Assembly (NCBI GenBank): GCA_904420445.1
Contig: CAJFVJ010000001.1
Span: 10,973-74,972, forward strand
Reading direction: 5' to 3'
DNA length: 64,000 nucleotides
Source: Candidatus Adamsella avium
Lineage (GTDB): Bacteria; Cyanobacteriota; Vampirovibrionia; Gastranaerophilales; CAJFVJ01
Shown here piece after piece: positions 55,686-64,000 of this stretch. How positions within the stretch are numbered: the first letter of the stretch is position 1; each line of letters opens with the position of its first letter. A program made the position numbers and the translations under genes. The notes below the pieces were generated by a model. The model had not been told where the DNA came from, ran no database searches, and worked only from the letters and a program-made list of their open reading frames with translations.

Positions 55686-57275
55686 TTAAATATGAATATA
55701 TTTTGCTGAACAAATACCGTTGATTTCATTGATTTTTGCAATCAAATCATCTCCTACAGGCTGGTCGATGTTTATAATCATAATCGATTTTTCTTTCGGA
55801 TTAATTTTGTCATCGACAACCTGCATCATGCTTATATTGATGTTTGCAGCACCAAGAATTGTTGCAACCTGAGCAATCATCGCAGGTTTGTTCTCGTGAG
55901 GAATAATCAGCATATGCTCTGATGATGAAATACTCATGTTGTAGTCATCAATCTTCACGATACGAGGAGTATTATCAGCAATCATAGCACCTGCAACAGT
56001 GTGCACATCATCAGAGTCAGTAATCAGCTTAACTTCAATCATACCGCTATAGTTGCAGTTACCGCTGATTTTTGTATCTTCTATGCTAATGTTGCGTGCT
56101 TTTGCTATCAAAGGAGCATTCACATAATTTACTCCCTCAAGAGATGAAGAAAGAACGCCTTTCAACACAGCTGTTTTCAACGGAGTAATATCAAGCTCGG
56201 CAAGTGCGCCTTTTGCAATAATCGCAATATTTTTCGTTGCCCCATCAGCAAGCTGGCGAATAAGCTTACCGATATTTTCGGCAAGAAGCATATAATCCTT
56301 AACAGGCTCGAGTTTGTCAGCTTTCAAATAAGGAATATTAACAGCACTCTTTGCAGAACCGCCTGATAATACATCCCTGATTTGTTCAGCAACATCAATT
56401 GCCACATTAAGCTGGGCTTCTTTTGTACTTGCACCGAGGTGAGGAGTCAGCAGAATATGACCGTTGCAATGAAGAAGCGGACATTCAGGTTTTACCGGCT
56501 CGTTTTCATAAACGTCAATCGCAGCAGCAGCCACCTGACCTGATTCAATTGCTTCCTTCAGCGCTTCCTCATCAATCAGAGCACCTCTTGCACAGTTGAT
56601 AATTCTTACTCCCTTTTTCATTCTGTTGAGAGTATTTTTGTTTATCAAATACATAGTTTCTCTTGTTTTCGGAACATGCAGCGTGATGAAATCACACAGA
56701 GGCCAAAATTCATCAAGACTCTTAATTCTCTTTGCACCGAGTTCATCAATATGTTCTTGAGAAGCATAAGGGTCACAAACGAGAACTTTCATTCCGAGGG
56801 CAATTGCAGCCTTTGCAACACGGGAGCCGATTTTACCGAGTCCGATAATCCCAAGTGTCTTGTTGAAAACTTCGTTTCCGGTAAATTTCGAGCGTTCCCA
56901 TTTTCCGCTTATAGTTGACTGATGAGCCTCAGGGATATAACGTGTCATCGCAAGCATAAGAGCTATTGTATGCTCAGCAGCCGCAGTAGTGTTGCCATCA
57001 GGAGAGTTAACAACAATTATGCCCTTCTGGGTAGCAGCATCCAAATCAACGTTATCAACGCCGACGCCGGCACGACCGACAATTTTCAGCTTATCGGCAT
57101 TCTGCAAGATTTTTGCAGTGACCTTTGTCTGGCTTCTTATCATCAGTGCGTCATAATCTTTAATTTTCTCAGCCAGTTCATCCTCGGGCATTGTTTCAAG
57201 AAAATCAACCTGAGCTACGTCTTTAAGAATATCACCGGCTATTTGATTTATTTTATCGGTAATTAATACTTTCAT
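55686..57275 (-). CDS. serA: D-3-phosphoglycerate dehydrogenase with a C-terminal ACT domain
   Basis: 529 aa with the GIIGLGKIGSRVA NAD-binding motif. Confidence 0.92.
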   Translation of the reverse strand: MKVLITDKINQIAGDILKDVAQVDFLETMPEDELAEKIKDYDALMIRSQTKVTAKILQNADKLKIVGRAGVGVDNVDLDAATQKGIIVVNSPDGNTTAAAEHTIALMLAMTRYIPEAHQSTISGKWERSKFTGNEVFNKTLGIIGLGKIGSRVAKAAIALGMKVLVCDPYASQEHIDELGAKRIKSLDEFWPLCDFITLHVPKTRETMYLINKNTLNRMKKGVRIINCARGALIDEEALKEAIESGQVAAAAIDVYENEPVKPECPLLHCNGHILLTPHLGASTKEAQLNVAIDVAEQIRDVLSGGSAKSAVNIPYLKADKLEPVKDYMLLAENIGKLIRQLADGATKNIAIIAKGALAELDITPLKTAVLKGVLSSSLEGVNYVNAPLIAKARNISIEDTKISGNCNYSGMIEVKLITDSDDVHTVAGAMIADNTPRIVKIDDYNMSISSSEHMLIIPHENKPAMIAQVATILGAANINISMMQVVDDKINPKEKSIMIINIDQPVGDDLIAKINEINGICSAKYIHI

Positions 57276-57285
57276 CTCAAACTCC

Positions 57286-58458
57286 TTAAACTAAAGCTTT
57301 TTGTTTTGCTTCATTCAACACTTTTATAGCAGCAGCAGTGCCTGCACCGACTTCGAACTTATGTCCGAGTTTGTACATGGTTGCTTCTAGCGAGCTGATA
57401 GCCGATAAAACATCTCTGTCTGAAACAAAACCCATATGTCCCATTCTGAAAATCTTATCAACAAGTTTGCCCTGACCGTTTGCAATAACAATATCAAAAT
57501 CTTTTTTCATTGTGCTTCTGATTTGAGGAACGGTAATTCCTTCAGGAGGAAGAACAGCGGTAATTGCCTTGCTTGCTATCTCATCATCTTCGACAAACAG
57601 AGGCATATTCATAGCTCTCATCGCAGCTCTGACTGCTTTCGCATTTCTTGCATGTCTTGCATAGATATTTTCAAGACCTTCTTTTTTCATCATCTGCAAC
57701 GCTGTATGCAAAGCAACAAACAGATTAACGGCAGGCGTATAAGGTGTTGAATTATCGTTAACGGCTTTTTTGTATGCTTTGAAATCAAAATAGAACGAAG
57801 GATGTTCGCATTGTTCATAAGCCTTCATTGCTTTCTCGCTGCATGTAAGGAATGACAATCCGGGAGGAATCATAAAGCCCTTTTGTGAGCCTGAAATCAA
57901 AATATCAATTCCCCACTCATCAGCCTTCACAGGCATGCACCCGACACTTGTAATACCGTCGACAATTGAAAGGGCACCATGTTCCTGTACCATTGCACAA
58001 AGAGTCTGGACATCATTTGTCACACCTGTCGATGTTTCGTTATGTGTCATAGTTACGACTTTGATTTCTTTGTTCACGTCCTCTTTCAATCTTTTTGAAA
58101 GAACGGCAGGGTTGATAGCCTGACCCGGTTCTACCTGAATTTTTTCGACTTCAGCGCCGACAGAAGCGGCAATCTTTGCCCATCTTTCGCCAAAGTTACC
58201 GATTACAAGAGAGAGTACTTTATCACCTTTATTTACAACATTCGAAATAGCCGCTTCCATTGCGCCCGTTCCGCTTGCAGTGTAGACAAATACTTCATTT
58301 TTTGTCTGAAAAGCCCACTTCAAATCATTATAAACTTCGGAGAGCAAACTCGAGAACTCCGAACTTCTGTGCCCCATCGGGTGTTTTGCCATGTCTAATA
58401 AAACACTTTGAGGTACCGGTGTTGGTCCGGGAATCATCAAAAATTCTTTGTCTTGCAT
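57286..58458 (-). CDS. class-V (AGXT-type) aminotransferase, likely phosphoserine aminotransferase
   Basis: MIPGPTP start and a SGSQKG PLP-lysine motif. Adjacent to serA. Confidence 0.85.
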   Translation of the reverse strand: MQDKEFLMIPGPTPVPQSVLLDMAKHPMGHRSSEFSSLLSEVYNDLKWAFQTKNEVFVYTASGTGAMEAAISNVVNKGDKVLSLVIGNFGERWAKIAASVGAEVEKIQVEPGQAINPAVLSKRLKEDVNKEIKVVTMTHNETSTGVTNDVQTLCAMVQEHGALSIVDGITSVGCMPVKADEWGIDILISGSQKGFMIPPGLSFLTCSEKAMKAYEQCEHPSFYFDFKAYKKAVNDNSTPYTPAVNLFVALHTALQMMKKEGLENIYARHARNAKAVRAAMRAMNMPLFVEDDEIASKAITAVLPPEGITVPQIRSTMKKDFDIVIANGQGKLVDKIFRMGHMGFVSDRDVLSAISSLEATMYKLGHKFEVGAGTAAAIKVLNEAKQKALV

Positions 58459-58478
58459 TTTTTTCTCCTTTTTTCTAC

Positions 58479-59750
58479 TTATACATCATCGGAATAATAT
58501 ACAAACTCTACTTTTCCTATTTGTATAATATCCTCGTCCTTTATTCCTTTTTCAACCAGAGCATCAACTATGCCCATAGCTTTTAGTATATTATAAAAAC
58601 GATGAAGCTGTTCAATATTCGTGATATCTGTCACGGATGCTATTCTTTCAACCTTGCCTCCCGTCACATAATAAGAATCTTTCCCTTTATAAATATGAAA
58701 CTCGCTATCATCGTTATTATAAGCGGCATCATCTTCTTCAACTTCTACTTCTATCTCTGGAGCGGGAATTTCTTCAACCTTTCTGAAGACCAAATTCATC
58801 AGCTCATCGACTCCATAATGAGTGACTGCCGAGATAACAAAAATATCAGAAGCTTTTTTTTCAAACTCTTTTTTAAGCTCTTGAATACGTTCTTCATCAA
58901 CAGCATCAGCTTTATTCAACACAACAATCTGATAAGTATGCGCTAACCTATCGTTGTATTTTGCAAGTTCAGAGTTGATAACATCAAAATTCTTCACGGG
59001 ATTTTCCGTCGTCATATCAACTATGTGCATAAGAAATTTTGTTCTTTCGACATGCCTCAAAAAATCATATCCGAGTCCGACCCCATCGCTTGCTCCTTCA
59101 ATCAGCCCGGGGATATCAGCGACCACAAAACTACTCCCGTCAGGTTTCTGAACAACTCCGAGATTAGGAACAAGTGTTGTAAAAGGATAATCAGCTATCT
59201 TTGGTTTTGCAGCGGATATACTGCTGATAAAAGTTGATTTTCCGGCATTCGGCATACCCAAAAGCCCGACTTCCGCAATCAGCTTTAATTCAAGCTCGAT
59301 ATCACGTTCTATCCCTGATTCACCGGGTTCGCAGAACTGCGGAGTCCTTCTCGTTGAAGTTGCAAAACGGGCATTTCCTCTTCCGCCGCGTCCGCCTTTT
59401 GCGAGGAGAAGTTTCTCATCATGATGTTTGATATCTCCGATAATTTTCCCTGTTTTCAGGTCTCTTACAACCGTTCCAAGGGGAACATGTATGAATAAAT
59501 CTTTTCCGCATCGTCCATGACAGTTCTTTTTCTGACCGTTTTCACCGTTCTGAGCGGCAAATTTCGACTTATATTTGAAATCTAACAAAGTGCTCAAACT
59601 CTCTGAAGCAACCAAATACACATCTCCGCCTCTGCCGCCGTCACCGCCTGCAGGTCCTCCCTTGTCAACATATTTTTCACGGCGCCATGCGACTGCACCA
59701 TTGCCGCCTGAACCTGATATTACTTTTATTTGTGCCTTATCTATAAACAT
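58479..59750 (-). CDS. obg: GTPase Obg
   Basis: MFIDKAQIKV...GGNGAVAWRREKY...GGDGGRGGDV, a G domain with GMPNAGKST, and a C-terminal OCT-like domain. Confidence 0.95.
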   Translation of the reverse strand: MFIDKAQIKVISGSGGNGAVAWRREKYVDKGGPAGGDGGRGGDVYLVASESLSTLLDFKYKSKFAAQNGENGQKKNCHGRCGKDLFIHVPLGTVVRDLKTGKIIGDIKHHDEKLLLAKGGRGGRGNARFATSTRRTPQFCEPGESGIERDIELELKLIAEVGLLGMPNAGKSTFISSISAAKPKIADYPFTTLVPNLGVVQKPDGSSFVVADIPGLIEGASDGVGLGYDFLRHVERTKFLMHIVDMTTENPVKNFDVINSELAKYNDRLAHTYQIVVLNKADAVDEERIQELKKEFEKKASDIFVISAVTHYGVDELMNLVFRKVEEIPAPEIEVEVEEDDAAYNNDDSEFHIYKGKDSYYVTGGKVERIASVTDITNIEQLHRFYNILKAMGIVDALVEKGIKDEDIIQIGKVEFVYYSDDV

Positions 59751-59898
59751 TTTTCATTACTTTTGAATTCTATCAAGTTTTATTATAGCTCTATTGTTGT
59801 TTTTTACGAAATTTTTTCGTGCTATGGCTTAATACTAGATAACAAAAGCGAAAAATGTTATACTTTGCTTGTTAGTTAAACAGGTAGGAGTAAATTTT

Positions 59899-60606
59899 AT
59901 GACAGAAGCAATCTCAAGATATTCACTCAAAGATTTTGTTGAAAATACATCACAAAAAGACAAAAACGAAGGTTTCTTTGAGCAGGAAACGGAGAGAATC
60001 ATCGAAATAAACCTCAATGATAATCTCGCCTGGATGAAAAAAGGCGCAATGATTGCGTATACAGGGAAAGTCAAATTCGAACTCGAAAATATGTTCGAAC
60101 ATGGCATAAAAACAGTGTTCAAAAGATTTGTATCAGGTGAAGGCGGAAGCCTTGTCAAAGCAAAAGGCACAGGAAAAGTTTATATAGCTGACGGAGGAAA
60201 GAAAATCAGCATACTGAACATGAAAAACGACAACATAATCGTTAACGGAAACAGCGTGCTTGCGTTTGAACCTTCGCTCAAATGGGATATCAAACTGATG
60301 AAACTCTCCTCCATGATGGCCGGCGGGCTCACAAACATCCAAATTAACGGCACCGGTATGCTTGCCATTACAACGGCTTATGACCCGCTTACACTGAAGG
60401 TAACACCAAATACCCCCGTTTTCACTGATCCGAGTGCAACAATCGCATGGTCAGGAAATCTCAAAACAAGCATAGCAACGGATATTTCTTTCAAAACACT
60501 CATAGGAAGAGGCAGCGGAGATTCTATCCAGCTGAAATTTGAAGGGAACGGCTTTGTCATTGTGCAACCTGACAGCAACATGCCTTATGTAGCCTCTGCT
60601 GGATAA
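59899..60606 (+). CDS. AIM24 (DUF124/TIGR00266) family protein
   Basis: The ATG at 59899 after AGGTAGGAG. Beta-rich sequence with typical segments (KGAMIAYTG..., GTGMLAIT..., GNGFVIVQP). Assigned from memory. Confidence 0.6.
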   Translation: MTEAISRYSLKDFVENTSQKDKNEGFFEQETERIIEINLNDNLAWMKKGAMIAYTGKVKFELENMFEHGIKTVFKRFVSGEGGSLVKAKGTGKVYIADGGKKISILNMKNDNIIVNGNSVLAFEPSLKWDIKLMKLSSMMAGGLTNIQINGTGMLAITTAYDPLTLKVTPNTPVFTDPSATIAWSGNLKTSIATDISFKTLIGRGSGDSIQLKFEGNGFVIVQPDSNMPYVASAG

Positions 60607-60624
60607 AATTTGATAAATTATTTT

Positions 60625-60670
60625 ACACCAGAAATTCGTTTGCAGGCGAGTTTCTGGTGTTTTTCTTTTT
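60625..60670 (+). terminator. rho-independent terminator
   Basis: acaccagaaa / tttctggtgt arms followed by a T-run. Confidence 0.65.
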
Positions 60671-60714
60671 GTAATTCTGCCTCCGTTTGTCAATGAACCT
60701 ACATCGAAACAAAC

Positions 60715-60822
60715 CTCAAGACTCTTCGCTCACGCTCAGAGTGACATCTATCTGTCATTCTGAGGGCAATAGCCCGAAGAATCTCTTTCTTATAAAAGAT
60801 ATTTCGCTGTGTTTGACAGCCA
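60715..60822. repeat. short interspersed intergenic repeat, copy D (partial unit plus full unit)
   Basis: gactcttcgctcacgctcagagtgac, then gtcattctgagggcaatagcccgaagaatc...gatatttcgct. These are the same motifs as copies A to C. Confidence 0.6.
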
Positions 60823-60888
60823 ACGCCTCAAAAGCCCAAAACAAGAAAATATGATAAAATAAGAACAATAATAAAAGGAGTAGCTTAT

Positions 60889-61059
60889 ATGAATCCGACA
60901 GAAAAACTCTATGAAGCAAAACAAATTATCCTTGATATCGAAAAAGAAATGTTAGAAACTCATGAGTTCTGCCCTTATGAGATTGCATATACAATCAAGA
61001 GCATTGATTCAGCCATAGAATTTTTCGAAAAAGAAAAAAATTTAGTCAAAGCCGACTGA
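60889..61059 (+). CDS. small hypothetical protein (56 aa)
   Basis: ATG 8 nt after AAGGAG, MNPTEKLYEAKQIILDIEKEMLETHEFCPYEIAYTIKSIDSAIEFFEKEKNLVKAD. Below the ORF-track cutoff. The 3' end overlaps the convergent gene by 18 nt. Confidence 0.4.
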   Translation: MNPTEKLYEAKQIILDIEKEMLETHEFCPYEIAYTIKSIDSAIEFFEKEKNLVKAD

Positions 61060-61719
61060 TCTCAACGGTAAATCTTTGTACCCCTGATGGTTCTTAATCA
61101 CCTTTCTTATGTACTTATCGGTATAGTTCGCATTTACAAACAGTGAATTGAGGGTGTTCAGTCTGTTCACAAGAGAATATTCCGTTTTGTTTCTCAAATC
61201 AGGTTTGGTTTTCAAAAACTCTGTCCACACAGCAGCCTCAAGACTCCAGGCATAAGTTTCTTCATTTACCGAATTAAACTCATCCTGATGCATTGCCTCA
61301 TGACTCAAAAGGCTTGCAAGAGCCTCAGGCGGAGCACCTTTATGTTTCTGGTTTATGAAGATATACAATCTTCCCTTATTTTTCATTCCCAAAGCGTCAT
61401 AATCAGCATAATTAGGGTTTATCTCCGCAAGATTCTTAAAAGTAATTTTGACAGGCTTTTTTGTCAGGTTATTCCCGAGAATTGCATTATACGAGTAACG
61501 GGAGGAGATGCAATCATTCATTATCCTGATTGCTTCTTTGATTTCGTCATCTTTTGTCACTTCTGACAGTTTTGAATTCAGCTTCCGTTGTTCACGGGTT
61601 GTCAAAACAGCGGGTTTGATATTCGCATCCGCATCTTTTGGCGCACCCCATGCCGGAGGCAGAGTTAATAAAAGGCTACAAGCCAGTACCAGAGCTATTT
61701 TGTGCATAATTTTTCTCAC
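61042..61719 (-). CDS. secreted hypothetical protein with an HExxH motif (possible zinc metallopeptidase)
   Basis: Signal peptide (IALVLACSLLLTLPPAWGAP) and an LLSHEAMHQDEF motif. Confidence 0.55.
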   Translation of the reverse strand: MRKIMHKIALVLACSLLLTLPPAWGAPKDADANIKPAVLTTREQRKLNSKLSEVTKDDEIKEAIRIMNDCISSRYSYNAILGNNLTKKPVKITFKNLAEINPNYADYDALGMKNKGRLYIFINQKHKGAPPEALASLLSHEAMHQDEFNSVNEETYAWSLEAAVWTEFLKTKPDLRNKTEYSLVNRLNTLNSLFVNANYTDKYIRKVIKNHQGYKDLPLRSVGFD

Positions 61720-61797
61720 GTTTACTACATTAATAGAATTATGACATATTTTATTTTAATGACAAGCAAATCAAAATTCTATTTTTTGCAGACTTTT

Positions 61798-62610
61798 TCA
61801 TTCAAATAATACATGCAAACTCTCAAGAACCATCATCAAAAACATCCCTATGCCAACGCCGAAAATTGAAAAATGTCCGTCGCCATATTCTCTTGACATA
61901 GGAAGCAGAGAATCAAACGATACATAAATCATAATTCCTGCAGTAAAGGCAAACATAATGGCATACGTAATGTCATTGAAGAATTGTCCTAAAAGCAAAA
62001 GTCCGAGTAAAGCTCCAAGCGGTTCCACAAGCCCTGAAAGGAACGTCGCCCCAACAGCTTTCAGCTTGCTGCCCGTTGCATAATAAACAGGAAGCGCAAT
62101 AGACACACCCTCAGGAATATTGTGAATGGAAACGGCAAAAGCAAGAGCAACCGCCGTTTCGATATGAGTCTGCGCACCCAAAAATATTGCAAAGCCTTCA
62201 GGAAGTTTGTGTACAGAAATTGCTATCAAAAGAAAAATCCCCGCTTTATAAAGTTTATTTATACCCTCATGAGGATGATTATGAGAGTCTTTATTCTTTT
62301 CAAACGATTCAATTCCGCAATAGGAAGGCATAAGATAATCTATCAGGGCAGTGATTATAATTCCTGAAAAAAAACATACCATCAAAATAAGCCCGCCGAT
62401 ATGCTCTTGAAAAGCACTATGCAAAACTCTTTCAGAATCTCGCAGCAGCTCCATAAAAGATACATATATCAACGCCCCTGCAGAAAACCCAAGCCCTAAT
62501 GAGAGGACTTTTGAGTTATCTCTTTTTATGAAAAACGAACACAAACCTCCTATAACAGTCGTCATGCCTGCAAGGAAGGTTATTAAAAAAGGAAGTGCAT
62601 ATTTACTCAT
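61798..62610 (-). CDS. zupT: ZIP-family zinc transporter ZupT
   Basis: 270 aa, multi-TM, with a His-rich loop (DSHNHPHEG) and HKLPEG/HNIPEG motifs. Confidence 0.9.
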   Translation of the reverse strand: MSKYALPFLITFLAGMTTVIGGLCSFFIKRDNSKVLSLGLGFSAGALIYVSFMELLRDSERVLHSAFQEHIGGLILMVCFFSGIIITALIDYLMPSYCGIESFEKNKDSHNHPHEGINKLYKAGIFLLIAISVHKLPEGFAIFLGAQTHIETAVALAFAVSIHNIPEGVSIALPVYYATGSKLKAVGATFLSGLVEPLGALLGLLLLGQFFNDITYAIMFAFTAGIMIYVSFDSLLPMSREYGDGHFSIFGVGIGMFLMMVLESLHVLFE

Positions 62611-62672
62611 GGTTGTTTGCTTATAAATCTGAATCCATAAGTAAGTTTATCACGTAATAACAAGAAATAAAA

Positions 62673-62990
62673 CTACTTATGCGGACCTGAATATAGATAA
62701 TTTCTTACACAAGCGAACGAAACTATTCCCAAAAGAGCAATTCCTGCGCCACGCAGCGAACTCAGCATAATATTCAACGCAGATTTTGTATTACCCGGGA
62801 AAAGAGCGCCGATTATACCGCCGACAACAAGTCCTGCAACAATATGGTTCACAGAGATAGGCTCTTCTTTCTTTTTGTACTCATTATAATCAGAGTACAA
62901 TATTTTCTTCGAAGAAGAAGGCTTTTTGTTTTTATGCTCATTTGCATAAACAGATGAACTGCCTGTCAAAGACACTTTTTGAACGTTCAT
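62673..62990 (-). CDS. small hypothetical membrane protein
   Basis: 105 aa with a basic N-terminus and two hydrophobic segments (IVAGLVVGGIIGALF, AGIALLGIVSFA). Confidence 0.45.
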   Translation of the reverse strand: MNVQKVSLTGSSSVYANEHKNKKPSSSKKILYSDYNEYKKKEEPISVNHIVAGLVVGGIIGALFPGNTKSALNIMLSSLRGAGIALLGIVSFACVRNYLYSGPHK

Positions 62991-63042
62991 TTTTCCATTC
63001 TTTTTTTAAACTAAAACCAGATAAACCAAAAACTATAAAAAA

Positions 63043-64000
63043 CTACTCTACACAAGCTTCTATTATAACATCTTTATCAAAAAAATGAAGGTGTTTTGGG
63101 ACTAATTCTATACAATTTGATACATCTTCAATATCCAAACCGGAAACAAAACTCTTCGCTCTCTCATCACCTATAATTTTCGGTGCAATAAACTGATAAA
63201 ACTTGTCAACAAGACCCTCTTTCAAAAAAGCTCCGTTCAGGATTCCTCCCGCTTCAACCATCACACTGAAAATTTGCATCTCATACAGCTGAGAAATAAC
63301 ATACTTCAAGTCAAGATGATTATCTTTCACAGGGCACTCAAGTACATCGACATAGGAAGGATAATCCTTTTTTAGCCCGCTTTTTTGGCATACAACAACT
63401 CTCGTTGAGTTATCTTCAAACACTTTATAATCAATGGGAACAATTCCGTCTTTATCAAGAATAATCCTCACGGGATTTCTGCCGCCGTCCATTCTGCAGG
63501 TTAAAGCGGGGTTATCTGCAAGCACGGTTGAGGCACTAGTCAAAATACCGTCATATTTGTTCCTGAGTTTTTGGACATAAGCTCTCGATTTCTCATTCGT
63601 AATCCACTTCGACGACCCCGTTCTTGTTGCAACCTTCCCATCTAGTGTTGTCGCTGTTTTCAGAGCAACAAAAGTTTTCTTCTGTGTAATATTTTTTACA
63701 AAAACTTCATTCAGCTCACGGCACTCTTCCTCAAGAACCCCGACAACGACTTCAACCCCGGCTTGCCTGCATTTTTCAATTCCACGTCCTGATACAAGCG
63801 GATTCGGGTCAGTCATCCCAACAATAAGTTTCTTTATCCCGCTTCTAACCACAAGGTCAGCACATGGAGGCGTTTTCCCAAAGTGAGAGCAAGGTTCAAG
63901 ATTTACATAAAGTGTGGCTCCTTCAGCTTTATTACCGAGTTTTGAGAGGGCATCAACTTCGGCATGCGCTCCACCATACTGCCTGTGATAACCCTCAGCC
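63043..64000 (-). CDS. ribD: bifunctional riboflavin biosynthesis protein RibD (deaminase/reductase), 5' end beyond the right edge
   Basis: The reductase part matches the track ORF. The frame continues upstream of Met at 63852 into ...HAEVDAL...LEPCSHFGKTPPCADLV, the deaminase zinc motif. Confidence 0.9.
   Translation of the reverse strand, partial: AEGYHRQYGGAHAEVDALSKLGNKAEGATLYVNLEPCSHFGKTPPCADLVVRSGIKKLIVGMTDPNPLVSGRGIEKCRQAGVEVVVGVLEEECRELNEVFVKNITQKKTFVALKTATTLDGKVATRTGSSKWITNEKSRAYVQKLRNKYDGILTSASTVLADNPALTCRMDGGRNPVRIILDKDGIVPIDYKVFEDNSTRVVVCQKSGLKKDYPSYVDVLECPVKDNHLDLKYVISQLYEMQIFSVMVEAGGILNGAFLKEGLVDKFYQFIAPKIIGDERAKSFVSGLDIEDVSNCIELVPKHLHFFDKDVIIEACVE

Noticed and set aside
59835-60693. 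Minus-strand ORFs (111, 69, 62, 67 and 80 aa) over the AIM24-like gene
   Set aside because: They are antisense shadows with no independent support.

Overview
AT-rich, densely coding bacterial chromosome segment of about 70 genes with the standard genetic code. I found no rRNA, CRISPR array, transposase or integrase.

Housekeeping backbone:
- yceD-rpmF-plsX-fabH-fabD-fabG-acpP-fabF operon (7.3-13.4 kb, minus strand)
- leuD-leuB
- metK behind a clear SAM-I riboswitch
- AMIN-amidase, murI and waaA envelope genes
- infC-rpmI-rplT
- deoC, ogt, serA with a class-V aminotransferase, obg, zupT
- partial ribD at the right edge and a partial Mur ligase at the left edge
- three tRNAs: Gly-UCC, Pro-GGG, Pro-CGG

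Flagellar blocks:
- Block 1 (17.5-29.2 kb, plus strand): a FliK-C-like orphan, two rod genes, flgB, flgC, an SLT transglycosylase, fliE, fliF, two paralogous non-canonical proteins where fliG is expected, fliH, flhA, fliI.
- Block 2 (38.4-44.0 kb, minus strand): a membrane-less FlhA-C-domain paralog, fliJ, fliK, flgD, flgE.

Most interesting observations:
- The free-standing soluble FlhA_C paralog next to fliJ.
- The fliG slot filled by tandem paralogs, of which only the second carries a FliG_N-like module.
- A set of signal-peptide-less orphan proteins sharing a polar N-terminus (M-x-I-T/N...) and an [IVT]-[STN]-F-G motif.
- A tandem pair of signal-less proteins sharing a lysozyme-like C-terminal domain, one with EF-hand loops and a long coiled coil.
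- A duplicated tRNA-Pro 3' end flanking a perfect 2 x 62 bp tandem repeat.
- A short interspersed repeat family at four intergenic loci.

Diderm markers (waaA, Skp-like), an LdpA-like Fe-S protein, flagella and many prepilin-like features are compatible with a non-photosynthetic cyanobacteria-related (Melainabacteria-like) gut organism. That is a low-confidence inference. All homology calls come from reading the translations by eye; no searches were run.
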